From a virus (taxonomy: Duplodnaviria > Caudoviricetes), in the IMG/VR virus record IMGVR_UViG_3300045974_000134, positions 1 to 25,214 of that record: a DNA stretch of 25,214 nucleotides. One strand, written 5' to 3'. This document shows positions 12,001 to 18,100 of this stretch, piece by piece; position 1 is the first letter of the stretch; every line of letters begins with the position of its first letter. The translations under genes and the position numbers were made by a program. The notes beneath the pieces are model-generated. The model searched no databases and was not told the origin of the DNA. It saw nothing but the letters and a program-made list of their open reading frames with translations.

Positions 12001-12044
12001 AATGTATCAGAACTGCCGGGACGTGCTAAAAGCTGGTCACTCAT
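1..12044 (-). CDS. Giant DarB-like / large polyvalent protein (>=4014 aa, runs off the left edge); probably virion-packaged and ejected
   Basis: ATG at 12044 after GAGGGA; begins MSDQLLARPGSSDTFYNELD. The same frame (codon starts at position mod 3 = 2) carries NPPF (6485), DEAH (4085), HELAH (1832) and YHGT (1346), and reaches ...DKLKSEWGNLRG at the window edge. The ORF track lists no long closed ORF in this frame, consistent with no internal stop. The N-terminal part has Gly/Ala-rich hydrophobic segments typical of ejection proteins. Confidence 0.93.
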   Translation of the reverse strand, partial: MSDQLLARPGSSDTFYNELDSIMNRKAAPEPPPKRGIVEDIATHFAVGSNKYLALPVAGITEMAGRATGVKAIEDAGKLWGDTAESWIAQKEQEDPSQKFRDIKSVGDAGRWAGEQLVEFLPQAVIGIATGGVGAAAGRVAAGGLARGGIASLETIAGKKAMEAATKTAINSGRTLTAENVATLAANRAGTTGAIAATGANSIGMETATIYRDQKPEEKDMGRSLLYGTAAGILDTAFPAYLMKKTGLTKIMPGMGKVSGEAEALTGKTALTGVQRVKDTAKIAGLGIGEETIQEGVQTVLENIGANKQVYSDEVNKAGGNFSAFLKVAADKGISAAVHPEAWNDIIESMAAGGLIGGVMGGGSSAAGHISDVMQQRGQQPQTPTEETNALNQQNQPATEIVTGANTRTGNILQDTSGVAADSIPKNWPVDSGRDLGIAATPPAGAMTRAVKSILPDLPPVSTNVTANMYSSFAANPFANAPGEQQHPSLSALSSGDTNTFLTSLGFPKIRNADHFTTGGVGAIQNGEYLSPPMPQQVADSLLQNATSAGLSAIAEPYIITRKKMDGTMESVPAASGKVIVKIQPYQENANGTTGVLPKMQGAGPSKMDGPGLAVSNLQSQVAGVGSNNIQSGGVSDGLSNVQQKVNGPQKEVSDLRKSTVADRVTALKQEKEQLLANNNNKGITGGLVYPAEVTRRLGEINTEIQKHENSLKDVVVKTSAATKPANTRRQLDTSKDSLIVAAAKLGGISRAQIDKETTSGKDLAHTLNSQATKEAKAGILHVISTKGIPLDDSSRGSHVFASSNDTRGESNYTSLQKDQESRFQAMLDAMTDEEYDEFHHNQWVEEQSVLLAESADIIDDYLAETFEPPMTAADWQGVENNFREALDATEFRSEEGRTEDQGQVQGNDPGTKTGVHAVSKDNTASEDPAETARVRRLGVARQKHLAKLKAEMLAAKEPKVRKALQDRIAKMKERTGVTDEVPAAAKTIEDEINSLSLEEMAAMFDDVTAAEKPVRSLSKAKKHEAYLKQVIAKAKPENKPRIQKALQKHKAKQDERKSTPPPVGSHPAKPERDDQATPYFKEGDRVQDNDGKHGEITRAETFTSRMISYGGLSSESSTRYSHIYEAMWDDGVSGYVSFDYTNHETDPAPAVVPAPVYNKVAVEPDTLLRNVAYSRKQAQSSRNAAERAKKKENIASHEKSATAFDKTADEQQAAFDVWAEKYPDEADKYRQKVEAAKPKIEPVAGMKVSFNSAQNGIELRFEGKPSDAVISKIKAEGFRWAMRKRVWYVTDTPARRKFVEGLQGEAVAPVKVELADNEVQVDSNPYIYSKVDGDWYHRSVGATAPGNKFSPPFDFLDKLNTALAGKSVVEEDSDIALSDQAPDWWSAYTLLGQKQILSKLGIKYRLWHYFTATEKTKIADLVDGIKTEIATIEHIGSGPVFGGGQNDTRGASDILKAAADYGVKGAGEALKGLYDSFGGGSLKNFPGAVDEHTYAKAKPHFVAAYNNFKESGKQLTEFFQFIAKQFGNAIKPYLMRFMDDVKNNNYAIIEENEEVSDVNSERQKTGTDDSIVDEGTGTSDVQGIETSGDIADVPGRVRSGDGGVVSVSVSSSINEDQQDPRFDAASAGDGTSTTRDLGSDPSGLSGILRSDATGDLRIPNGGLERTGSWKDSASRNLDIVELIKALREEKRMATPDEQLLLMKYVGWGAGEIRNKIFPGYAEQGRIIPQWAEAAWKPLVDRLDTALTPEELKTAARSSQYAHYTSEAITRSMWKAFERMGFAGGKVFEPGPGTGNFMGTMPDGIYANSKYTGIEMDGITATIAQQLYPNQNIIHGDYTKQKFPGNFFDVAIGNPPFSSTTILTDPDYKKNKFSLHDFFFAKTIDKVRPGGLLAFVTSRYTMDKLDDKARAYLSERADLLGAIRLPQTAFKQHSGTEVVTDVIFLRKRADGDEAGGHAWGKTADIQIGDQTKQINEYFAAHPEMVLGTHVTERGQFSQNDYSVKPLEGDIEQLFAAAVQNLPANVYSAMRQDPKTIKQVVVERDFSPKNKKEGGVYLSSKGEIMRVENGSGVPLSSMVKLSAKEQVWLTDYIPLRDLMKQARFDQFNDAGWEKSLKELNKAYDAFVKKYGNIKDFTLKVKTELDEDGNEQKVESRNYKWEKTANIDVEGSLVLALEQINDDGDISKASFLTGRTVMKPVRSTNPESMGDALALSLDEIGMLDLDHIAGLMKISRNEAIEALGDMIYETPSGEHLLADEYLSGDVVTKLAEAEQAARSDEKFRANVKALTEVQPKPLTPGQITAGLGMAWIPTDIVGEFAQEVLNLNIKVERHAATNTWKVTMGNAPAKGYGRRSSSKKQGVQSLRSSTAEWGTADRGANEILDAVLNQRPLRITVRDLDGKVSVDPAATARVNEIADKMRTEFRSWIWTDAERAGEMLDLYNKKYNNLAPRRFDGSHLTLPGIATKYKLHPHQKRAIWRMIQTGNAYLAHAVGAGKTLEMIAAGMEMKRLGLINKPLYVVPNDQLSQWSAEFMDAYPLANIMVADELNFDLKNRKRFMAQAAMNAPDAIIITQSALGKLRMKPESVAPVKEKMLNAMREALTEARDDDAPRHLISKMEKMIENAEQRFDSIVEDGKGDNIITYEELGVDFLFVDEAHKFRKLDFTTAQQVKGIDPVGSRIALDLFLKTNWMEHQKPGRSHVFASGTPVTNTMGELYNVMRFFMEEEMERDDIGHFDAWAAMFGQTAMDYELNAAGKYEPVSRFAKFNNLPELMKRVRTFMDVLTSSHLGAYVVRPDIKGGKPNMIIATPSDELKAYQANVLQPRMKRARDWKPTPDQPGNPDPIINIITDGRLSSIDMRLVGSTKNDPDSKLNRVIDEIIRVYKDTKDNKYNGVDGKPSPIKGGTQVVFYNHGFGANVAKSRGFDARAWINQRLKAAGIPAGEVAWFDEYDTSAKQLSVMKDMREGRKKIIIGHANSLGVGKNLQTRLYALHYIDPPWYPSAVEQAHGRIIRQGNQNTEIEANWYSTKGSYDSTMWQMVGRKGRFIEQAFMGDDNLRTMEDVSEVSQYEMARALSSGDERVIKLVGLQADIERFSRLKEAHFQQQSQMRGDKNTAEWNISAYNKHIAKLKEAVKAVGGYVSGSSFKGIVGKRTFDKPGKFGEAVVAAYNQAVMDLQNQFPDDSYKGVWTDSQQYGSINGMPMVASVAMSAVTMQYSNIIQITDNVPSEIDTNMMMYPQGTDGAGLARRIFNRLNDVSDSLRRTESNLADDETKLKQLVKRIGAPFEHEAAFNEKIAELSQLQAELTADEKQPVGTNTEANFKLTDTQSTGMQATEAQAWVSTLPIAKRVNVVQSISDLPENAQAEITKAQVNPDHVQAMELHGTIHVITDNVPDLQRVKALVIGHELAHAGQTSKIVDLAVDWFKRTVNGKTEAAKEAHLMLQRIADRYGYDLTDEKQYRRAVQEATAAIAEQAVNADWKPSGLMQRLFMYIKHWLRQQGLISHVSDSELSLAVAEMLRIGEKRLSVGKGGDEAMFAASGQTDTPNFKKWFGDSTVVDKQGNPLVVYHGTRNDFGTFRKGIFEGPIFFSSSPEFASKFAGNAEITDPYVPKHLKQGYPSVMPVYLRIEKAFDPFDSKAVKDIISSLPADAYTTATRLDLDRRISNGEWKALETIDVREAIKEAGYDGMIVYESLDGERPQKNYAVFSNDQIKSATGNNGMFDPTNSDVNFSLQDQGIADHAAKINAPAKVTDMVKSLIEMAGQSIPERLKANIGKILSNPWFGSEGKPIRRHVVNLNLERSQNRNGIISDLFQASEGYAGVEGLDNILKKASKEEIKQFNDLIKHGDENGVATYFTRDELYRGKTKFGKVGKTVVEAYRAFHEVMNAANRVRFQQLDELSMLPYKDQEWFADLVELLNKNMERAAHLDAKEASEVHRLIRSLKRNLTDDELASGENPSKIKASPAVIAAYRDFWKQVDQTEKKHQGNMLSAFRDILGYRGELDKLKSEWGNLRG
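870..1420 (-). other. Domain of the giant ORF: ADP-ribosyltransferase-like (ART-PolyVal type)
   Basis: TPNFKKWFGDSTVVDKQGNPLVVYHGT (YHGT 1335-1346)...IFFSSSPEFASKFA...VMPVYLRIEKAFD...AIKEAGYDGMI (GYDG 984-995)...NYAVFSNDQIKSATGNNGMFDP, the motif series of polyvalent-protein ARTs. Boundaries approximate. Confidence 0.8.
1500..2000 (-). other. Domain of the giant ORF: zincin-like metallopeptidase (MPTase-PolyVal type)
   Basis: GTIHVITDNVPDLQRVKALVIGHELAHAG with HExxH at 1818-1832, followed by VQEATAAIAE (candidate third ligand Glu). Boundaries approximate. Confidence 0.75.
2880..4650 (-). other. Domain of the giant ORF: SF2 (SNF2-like) helicase/ATPase of DarB type
   Basis: Walker A LAHAVGAGKT (~4554-4583), motif Ia VVPNDQLSQW, Walker B FLFVDEAH (DEAH 4074-4085), motif III ASGTPVTN, motif VI EQAHGRIIRQGN (~3000-3035). 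Confidence 0.92.
6200..7040 (-). other. Domain of the giant ORF: amino (N6-adenine) DNA methyltransferase of DarB type
   Basis: AHYTS, SAM-binding motif I VFEPGPGTGNF (6654-6686), catalytic motif IV FDVAIGNPPF (NPPF 6474-6485), then HDFFFAKTIDKVRPGGLLAFVTSRYTMDK and GAIRLPQTAF. Confidence 0.93.
7052..7372 (-). CDS. Nested +1-frame gene, 106 aa, helical, TnpV-like
   Basis: SD GAGGAGGTG (7377-7385) just upstream of the ATG, with TGcTATAAT further upstream. The sequence MKEQAPQMYKELKQAGTLQTFLEE...QQVQEMEQAQREIWE resembles the TnpV family pattern as recalled (not searched). The host frame here is a G/D/S-rich linker. Confidence 0.75.
   Translation of the reverse strand: MLIPSGKKLEQMIALSMKEQAPQMYKELKQAGTLQTFLEEYAVEMEESYRSVYHQALTKISKIHDSMQQVQEMEQAQREIWEVTRADYLEFSDPMPPEIYESQMAA
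7396..7404 (-). promoter_or_regulatory. Intragenic extended -10 promoter (TGcTATAAT) for the nested 106-aa gene
   Basis: Minus strand reads aaaaaacaataattaTGcTATAATagaagaaaacGAGGAGGTGtcagATG: a perfect TGnTATAAT in a local AT-rich island; -35 is poor. Confidence 0.7.
9239..9382 (-). CDS. Nested +1-frame gene, 47 aa basic helical peptide
   Basis: GGGAGG-ctcttg-ATG; MPQSSEAKKAAQKIKDKCKGMTPEQKQAFMQSVKIILQAKIRQRQQG*. Lies in a linker of the giant ORF and is too short to appear in the ORF track. Confidence 0.55.
   Translation of the reverse strand: MPQSSEAKKAAQKIKDKCKGMTPEQKQAFMQSVKIILQAKIRQRQQG
10061..10135 (-). CDS. Nested +1-frame zinc-ribbon microprotein, 24 aa
   Basis: GGAGGT-N7-ATG; MVCPMCSKKSMGRKKKCPTCGNPL* (CPxC-x10-CPxC). 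Starts 3 nt after the stop of the 44-aa zinc-ribbon ORF. Confidence 0.6.
   Translation of the reverse strand: MVCPMCSKKSMGRKKKCPTCGNPL
10139..10273 (-). CDS. Nested +1-frame zinc-ribbon microprotein, 44 aa
   Basis: AGGAG-N7-ATG; MALQVYCPKCKEQGRVKWTGRDWQCPTCKAKWQESEVIISNPEV* (CPKC-x14-CPTC with WxC and a downstream W, typical of zinc ribbons). Confidence 0.68.
   Translation of the reverse strand: MALQVYCPKCKEQGRVKWTGRDWQCPTCKAKWQESEVIISNPEV
10730..10879 (-). CDS. Nested +1-frame gene, 49 aa hypothetical
   Basis: GGAGG-aaacca-ATG; MPSISKTNPLPKLSQEQIHALVTYCKIHQVLPPILYPKTGPWIRDVILV*. Begins where the hydrophobic N-terminal region of the giant protein gives way to linker. Confidence 0.5.
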   Translation of the reverse strand: MPSISKTNPLPKLSQEQIHALVTYCKIHQVLPPILYPKTGPWIRDVILV

Positions 12045-12061
12045 ATATCCCTCGTAGCTTA

Positions 12062-13477
12062 TCAGTTTTCGTCGTCAGTTATAGCTGTCGCGGTTCCAGC
12101 ATATTGCGCACTGGATTTTGTGGCATGGCGCTGGATCAGATCGAGAATGTCATTCTGTTTCTGCATATCCAGCTTTTGTTCCGGGGTTAGAGCGCCGAGA
12201 GCACTGATCTCCTGATACGTTTTCGCCTTGTTCTTGGCGATATCGGCTATCAGCTTGTAATCCGGTACGTCTTTGGATTGTTTCATCTGTGCAATCCGTG
12301 CATCGTACTGTTTCGTCAGGAGCCCCAGTTTCTTGTTACCAATATCGAGCATACCTTTACGGTAGTCGATCTCTGAAATCATGTTCTTGCCTTTCAGATC
12401 CAGCAGGGCGTTTGTTTCGTTGGCAAGCGCTGTATGTTGAGCAGTCACGGCTTTGATGTTATCCACCTCAGCAGGAGCCTTGAATATTCCCAGATCGGCA
12501 GCAACATTTGCATGGCGGGCACTCGCATTGTTCTGGTTGATCTGTGACGGCTGAATATTTGTTTCAAGTTGAGTCTGTGCCGCTCTGCGTGCCATTTCTG
12601 AATTGATGTTAGTAATACCGGCCTGTTTAACCTGCTGATTGACGCCGAACTTGTGACTTGCCATATCTCCCAGACTCATAGCGTTGAAGTCAGGAGGGGC
12701 ATTCTGTCCTGGTGCCAGTTCGTAAACGCCATGGCCATAACCGACTGTACTCGTCTGCTGTGCCGGTTGAGTAAGGGCGGTGATTGGTTGCGCAGCCTGT
12801 GCCTGCTGAGTCTTGAAAGCCACCTCTTCGTCAGTACCGCGAGACGGCAGAATGAATGTCTGGTTACCATTGGTACCAAAACCACCATTGCTTGCGATTT
12901 CAGCTTTTGCCATACCTGCTGAATCCGGTCCTGACATTTCAAATATACGTTGTCCGGCTGGAAGTTGCGGGGCGGAGGATGTGATTGATTGATCTCTTAA
13001 GCCTTCTTCGTCCGGCTGGCTTATTTCTGTTGGCTGAGAACCTGTGTTTAGCCTGCGCGCGGGTGCTCGCCTTACAGTGGCTGTCGCAGGCGGTACGACT
13101 GAAGTTGTGATTTTGCCTGGTTTGGCGCTAGTGGTTATGCTTGGTACTACCGTTGGCGCTGGCGGTGGTTGATTTTGTTTTACTGGAGCTGAGATATCCA
13201 GGGAATCATAATTATATGCAGGATCTCCTGGCTGGAAAAAGTTATGTACCCTGTCTTTTATTGCGCCGAACACCTGTGTTTCTGGTGTGGTTTTACTTCG
13301 ATTAACAAATGGTCTTTCTGGAATAATATTGCGTTCGGTATCAAGGCTTGTGATCGGTGTGGCACTATCAGCGGCCATGTTGGCAACATTGGTTATGATA
13401 TTGCGCACCGCGCCGCGACCAATATTATTACGCGGATCATTGGCTGGATATCCTCCGAATTTTAATAACTCTGCCAT
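12062..13477 (-). CDS. Probable internal virion/ejection protein (471 aa)
   Basis: GGAGGT SD; P/Q/T/A-rich N-half and Q/N/A-rich coiled-coil-like C-half; sits directly before the giant ejected protein. Function inferred from position and composition. Confidence 0.6.
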   Translation of the reverse strand: MAELLKFGGYPANDPRNNIGRGAVRNIITNVANMAADSATPITSLDTERNIIPERPFVNRSKTTPETQVFGAIKDRVHNFFQPGDPAYNYDSLDISAPVKQNQPPPAPTVVPSITTSAKPGKITTSVVPPATATVRRAPARRLNTGSQPTEISQPDEEGLRDQSITSSAPQLPAGQRIFEMSGPDSAGMAKAEIASNGGFGTNGNQTFILPSRGTDEEVAFKTQQAQAAQPITALTQPAQQTSTVGYGHGVYELAPGQNAPPDFNAMSLGDMASHKFGVNQQVKQAGITNINSEMARRAAQTQLETNIQPSQINQNNASARHANVAADLGIFKAPAEVDNIKAVTAQHTALANETNALLDLKGKNMISEIDYRKGMLDIGNKKLGLLTKQYDARIAQMKQSKDVPDYKLIADIAKNKAKTYQEISALGALTPEQKLDMQKQNDILDLIQRHATKSSAQYAGTATAITDDEN

Positions 13478-13497
13478 CTTACACCTCCAATCAATTA

Positions 13498-13515
13498 CGC
13501 CGTAACTGCGACGGA
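13498..13515. promoter_or_regulatory. Operator-like site, copy 2 (CGCCGTAActgcGACGGA)
   Basis: Matches 24801-24818 at 14 flanking positions (CGCCGTAA-N4-GACGGA); core dyad CCGT-N7-ACGG; lies over the predicted transcription start. Confidence 0.65.
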
Positions 13516-13516
13516 C

Positions 13517-13545
13517 ACTATGCTGAAAAAATATATGGATTGCAA
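13517..13545 (-). promoter_or_regulatory. Putative sigma70-type promoter for the 471-aa and giant genes
   Basis: TTGCAA (13545-13540), 17-nt AT-rich spacer, CATAGT (13522-13517), in a 71-nt intergenic gap. Confidence 0.55.
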
Positions 13546-13548
13546 CAA

Positions 13549-14580
13549 TTATCCGTTCAAGACTCCAATAGATATTTGGCTTGCGGATGCTACCATGTTG
13601 GCTGCTGCATTGACCGTAGCCACGGCTGCATCTATCTTGTTACGCGCATTACTGGCTGCTGTTTCGATAGATTTGGCGACTGTCGCCACGTGCTGTTGAA
13701 CCAGTGCGTTAAAATTACTGGCAGCAATTCTGTCTTTGGCTTCCACAATACTGGCATTCGTTTTGGTTACATCAAGGCGCAGGGTGAACTCTTTTATTTT
13801 CTGGTCCATCTTTCCCGCTTCCGATGCAACAGCTGTTCGATATTCATCCAGGACAGCGCGAACACTTGTATCAAAGACCTGTACCAGCACACCGGCATAG
13901 CGCATATTAAAATCAATATCAGCATTATGCGCAGATATCTGCTGTTGAACTGAAAACTGATAATTATTTTTTGCCCATTCAAATATCTGCTTAACCAGAT
14001 CCCGGGAGGTTTGGGATAGATCAAACATGTATTTCTGTTGTGCATCCAACTTAAGTGCAGTGGTCATTGAATTGGGATAAGTGAACCCGCGAGCTCCTGT
14101 TGCTGCATTAGCTGCGCTGTGTGCATCTCGCAGAGCCTGTTGTTTTCTTTCCAGATCGGCAGCGTATAGTGCTACTTGCAGTTTGGTTGTTTCGTTTGTC
14201 AGTTTGGTAACCACCGTATCAACATCATCACTGCCGGTAATGTTGCCGGTAAAGTTTGTCAGCAGGTTTTTAAGATTAGACCAGAAAGTATCATTCCATA
14301 TTGGTGTATTGTAACCGGATAAGCCTGGTGCTGTTGGAAGTGTTGGCCTGCCGATTGTGGCCAGGGTTACATCAAACGCTTCCAGTGCGGCCTTGATTGT
14401 TGAGTCGGCATCAGAAAAGGGGCTGTATGTTCCCTGTGCCGGTGCGGATAGATCACTCCAGTTTACAGCTGTCCACCCGGCAGCGACTGAATTAAGCGTA
14501 GTTATTGCAGAATTTGCCGTATTCTGGGCAGCGGTAATGTATGAGGCGGTACTGTTTACTACATCGGTTGCAGTTGCCAT
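13549..14580 (-). CDS. Probable internal virion/ejection (pilot-like) protein (343 aa)
   Basis: AAGGAG SD; Ala/Thr/Asn-rich and helical, with an AATGARGF motif; located between tail genes and the giant protein. Confidence 0.6.
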   Translation of the reverse strand: MATATDVVNSTASYITAAQNTANSAITTLNSVAAGWTAVNWSDLSAPAQGTYSPFSDADSTIKAALEAFDVTLATIGRPTLPTAPGLSGYNTPIWNDTFWSNLKNLLTNFTGNITGSDDVDTVVTKLTNETTKLQVALYAADLERKQQALRDAHSAANAATGARGFTYPNSMTTALKLDAQQKYMFDLSQTSRDLVKQIFEWAKNNYQFSVQQQISAHNADIDFNMRYAGVLVQVFDTSVRAVLDEYRTAVASEAGKMDQKIKEFTLRLDVTKTNASIVEAKDRIAASNFNALVQQHVATVAKSIETAASNARNKIDAAVATVNAAANMVASASQISIGVLNG

Positions 14581-14592
14581 AATGGTTCTCCT

Positions 14593-14856
14593 TTATTTCC
14601 GTTCCTGTGTTGCCATAAAATATGAAGCACCATATACCGCTAAAATCAGTCGCCATTCTTGCGCTATGATGCAGATTATGATTGCCACCCAAAAGCCGGA
14701 ACACATACGGCATTCAATCATGTGAGGATATCCAGAGATCTGCAACCATGATGTTTTAGCTAAAAACCACTTTCGGCATGGGGCTAAGAGTGAGGATGAT
14801 ACAACAATAAATGTTACAGCATAGACTGTTAGTGTGAGGGTAAGCAGTGTTATCAT
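14593..14856 (-). CDS. Small membrane protein with CxxC (DUF1360-like), 87 aa
   Basis: Two to three hydrophobic segments; MIECRMCSGFWVA resembles the DUF1360 CxxCxGxW motif; ATGA overlap with the upstream gene. Confidence 0.65.
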   Translation of the reverse strand: MITLLTLTLTVYAVTFIVVSSSLLAPCRKWFLAKTSWLQISGYPHMIECRMCSGFWVAIIICIIAQEWRLILAVYGASYFMATQERK

Positions 14857-15113
14857 ATTACTATCCCACCCCCACAGCCATTACATCCATTATTTTCAGC
14901 AGCTTTCCCCATAAACTTGATTATTGCAGCGCCTGGTACGTCATTCGGGAACTGATATCGTGCGGCAGAAAGTATACCCATCTGTCCACACCATTTTATC
15001 ACGGGTACCGGTCTTACGCCCTGCTGTTCGCACAGCCTTTTATATTCTTCATAGTCAAAAATATTAGTTTGTTTAAGACTTATTGCGAGTCGTTCTTCCC
15101 CTTTTAGCAACAT
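14853..15113 (-). CDS. Hypothetical protein (86 aa) with C-terminal GCNGCGG
   Basis: GAGGT SD overlapping the fibre gene stop; translationally coupled to the next gene. Confidence 0.7.
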   Translation of the reverse strand: MLLKGEERLAISLKQTNIFDYEEYKRLCEQQGVRPVPVIKWCGQMGILSAARYQFPNDVPGAAIIKFMGKAAENNGCNGCGGGIVI

Positions 15114-15123
15114 ATTAAATACC

Positions 15124-18100
15124 TCATGTTAATGTTTCATTATATTTTCTAACTACTTTGTATTTCGCCTCTCGATTTGTAGCGTTACAATATTCAAGGC
15201 GTAAAATTGATGGATAGAAAGAAAGGTTGCCTGAATAATTAAAACCGTGATTCACGACCAGATCATTGAATGTGTGGTGTTCTGCTGCGCCGTCGCACGT
15301 TCCGTATCCTCCGCCATATCCAAATATCCAATCAAGCCACGCAACGTGCCACTTGCTGTCATTGTCAGTGCATCCAGAGCCAGGGCTTGCAATATCCTGC
15401 CTGTCATCATCCCATACCAATGTCCACCACTCTCTATTTGGATATGTGCCTTTTACGGCATGGATAACTCCATTTCCTGAATTGTTTGCCTCCCATGTAC
15501 CGTCAAGGTTGTTGTATAAAAAGTTGGCTGGCATGGTTGAGTGTCCAGTACCACCATTAGCCCATGTAGATGGATTTTCATCTGAGTAAATGCCCTGGTC
15601 CGCGCAATCATTATAAGATAACACCCACGTTGATACCGCTGCGTGGACATCAACCTGCATAAAAAAGGATCCGGCATTATAATTACTATTACCTGCTTGA
15701 GAAGCAATGATATAGCAAACCCCGACACCCGTTGCGGTTACTGTTGTGCCTGATACGGAAGCGATGCTTGGATTTGATGATGAATATGTTACTGGATTAC
15801 CAGAAGAACCATAGGCGGTGATTGAAATGCCTGTTGATTGTCCTGTGTATAAAGTCGAGTCGCCAAGATAGCCGGTAATATATTGATTGGCCTTGTTAAC
15901 AACAATTCCGGCCCAGTCTGTGGCTGCTGTATAATGTGTACTGTCTGATGGTGTAAAGGTGACATTCAGAACCAGTCCACTATCTGCGTTCGGAACCGTT
16001 CCGGCAGGTGGCGAATACGTAAAAGTTCCCGAAACATCGGCTGTAGCGTTGAGTTGTGTGCCTGAAAGCGCTGTGCCATATGTTATGGCGGCGGGATCTG
16101 GCCAAGTGATTATAGGTACTCCCTTAACCACTACACCATCCCAGGTCCACGCAGTAGCGTAGTTTGGCGTTTCATTGGTTACTACGTAAATCGCCAGTCC
16201 GGTGTTAAAAGACTGTGCGGCATCCATATCGATTATAGGGCCAGAAGGCGAACCACTGTGGTAGGTGAATGTTATTCCTGAAATACTGGATGTTGCTTTG
16301 TAGGCAGAAAGGGTTTGTCCTTCAATAATAAATTCTGGCGAGCTAAAGGTAATGTCAGGCGTCGCTTTATATATTACTAAACTTCCTGGAACAAAAGTGA
16401 TTGCATAGTTATCAGAAGTCAGACCACCTGGCACAATGCCATTGACATACGATCCTGCATTGATTGCGCCTTGGGCAGCTCCCGAAAAAGTCAGTCCGCC
16501 AGACAATACGTTTTGATCCTGTCCCGGTACAAACCCATTGTACGTTACGCCATTTCCACCATTCCACACAGAACCATTGTATGTCATATAGGCAGTGTTG
16601 GCGGTAACCGTTAAAGCCTTTTGAGTGATACTAAATCCGTGATCGCTTGGATTAGTGGGTTCTGGTATTTCATAGTTGTGTGCCTCAACTCCTGTTGGCG
16701 TAAACTGACATGACACAAAAAAACCGGAATCAACATCAGGCATTAAGGTGGCATTTTCTACAACTCCATTCCATACTGAATTGCTGTGGCCGGACACCTC
16801 GTATAACGAAACTCCTTCTACAGCCCAGCCAAACACTTCAATGTGGTGTGAGTTGTAAAATAGGGCATTCATGATATCCTGCCACTTCATTCCATAAACA
16901 TAACTGTTAGCAGTTGACCATATCGGCACTGGAATATTCTTGTTTACAGTCAGCCACTGTTCGTAATCCATAGGAGACGGATAGCGATCGGTGTCAAGCG
17001 GATAGAATTGGGCGGTGATTGAATGTTCGCGAGGAGTACCGTTGGTGTTGGTCTCAAGATAAGTCCCTGGAGTGGGGTGAACTATCCAGCCGGCCGGTTC
17101 TCCGCTGGTTTGATAAGCTGAATTCCCTGCAATTGGAGCCCAGCAGAGAACGTCCAGTGCTTCACCATAGGTTATCGGGCCATCGTTGATGTCAAACGAC
17201 ACGCCACCGGGAGCATTCATTGCGAAATTAACGTTGTGCGTTGCGGTTGTTAGCCTTGGTGCCGGATTATGATTGTGGTCTCCGGACTGATCTAAGTATG
17301 CGTAAACTTTTCCTGCTCCCACAAAAGTCCAGGTTGCACCGGCTGAACTATTTATGTCTCCGGTAAAAATTGCAACCGATGTGTTTGATGAATTAATGGA
17401 AACCGACAATCCTGTGGCAGTTAAAACGCCGAGATATGTACTACGGGTTTCTGCCTTCACATTTCCTATATCCCCAACACGACCCCAGTTAGTCACTGTG
17501 TCTCTGGTGATGTAAATCTGTTGATCTGCCTTATTGACCACAATCCCCTGCTCTGCAACCGCCTGATGATAATGCAGCGTATCGGTTGCCTGAAATGTAG
17601 CGTAAAGAGGCAAACCACTATTTGCATCAGGTACAATATTCTCTGCCGGAATCGTATAATCCACATCAAGCCAGTAATGTAAGCCACCCGGTAATGTTGT
17701 AGTTGTTCCCGGAATATGAACTACAGCATCCAGTTGCACCCCTACTTTCAGTGCTTCGCCATAGGTAATTGTTGCCGGTTGATCCCAGTGAATAAGAGGA
17801 ATGCACCAGGTGGGGGGGCCAAACCTTCTCTCGGGGTATTTGGCAAACAACCCTGTTGGCGTTATTCCATCGGTCTCGTATAGAGGATTAGGCGAAAACG
17901 GAACAAACAGAATTCTTGGAGCTGGTAGGTCTGTGAGGACACCGTTACTGTATCCTTTTATTGTTGTACTATCCTCAATCTGTAGACCAATTGCATTTTG
18001 CCTTTTCTGTGTGTTTATCGTTTCATCAAATCCAAGATCTTCAGTTTCCAAATCATCAGCCCACCACCCATCAGCATCGTCAATTTTGGTAACAATATAC

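Noticed and set aside
12676-12942. 88-aa alternative-frame ORF inside the 471-aa gene
   Set aside because: TTG start without an SD; no motif.
15124-15700. Diversity-generating retroelement target at the fibre C-terminus
   Set aside because: No second near-identical template repeat was seen in the window, and the retroelement at the edge has group IIC intron features.
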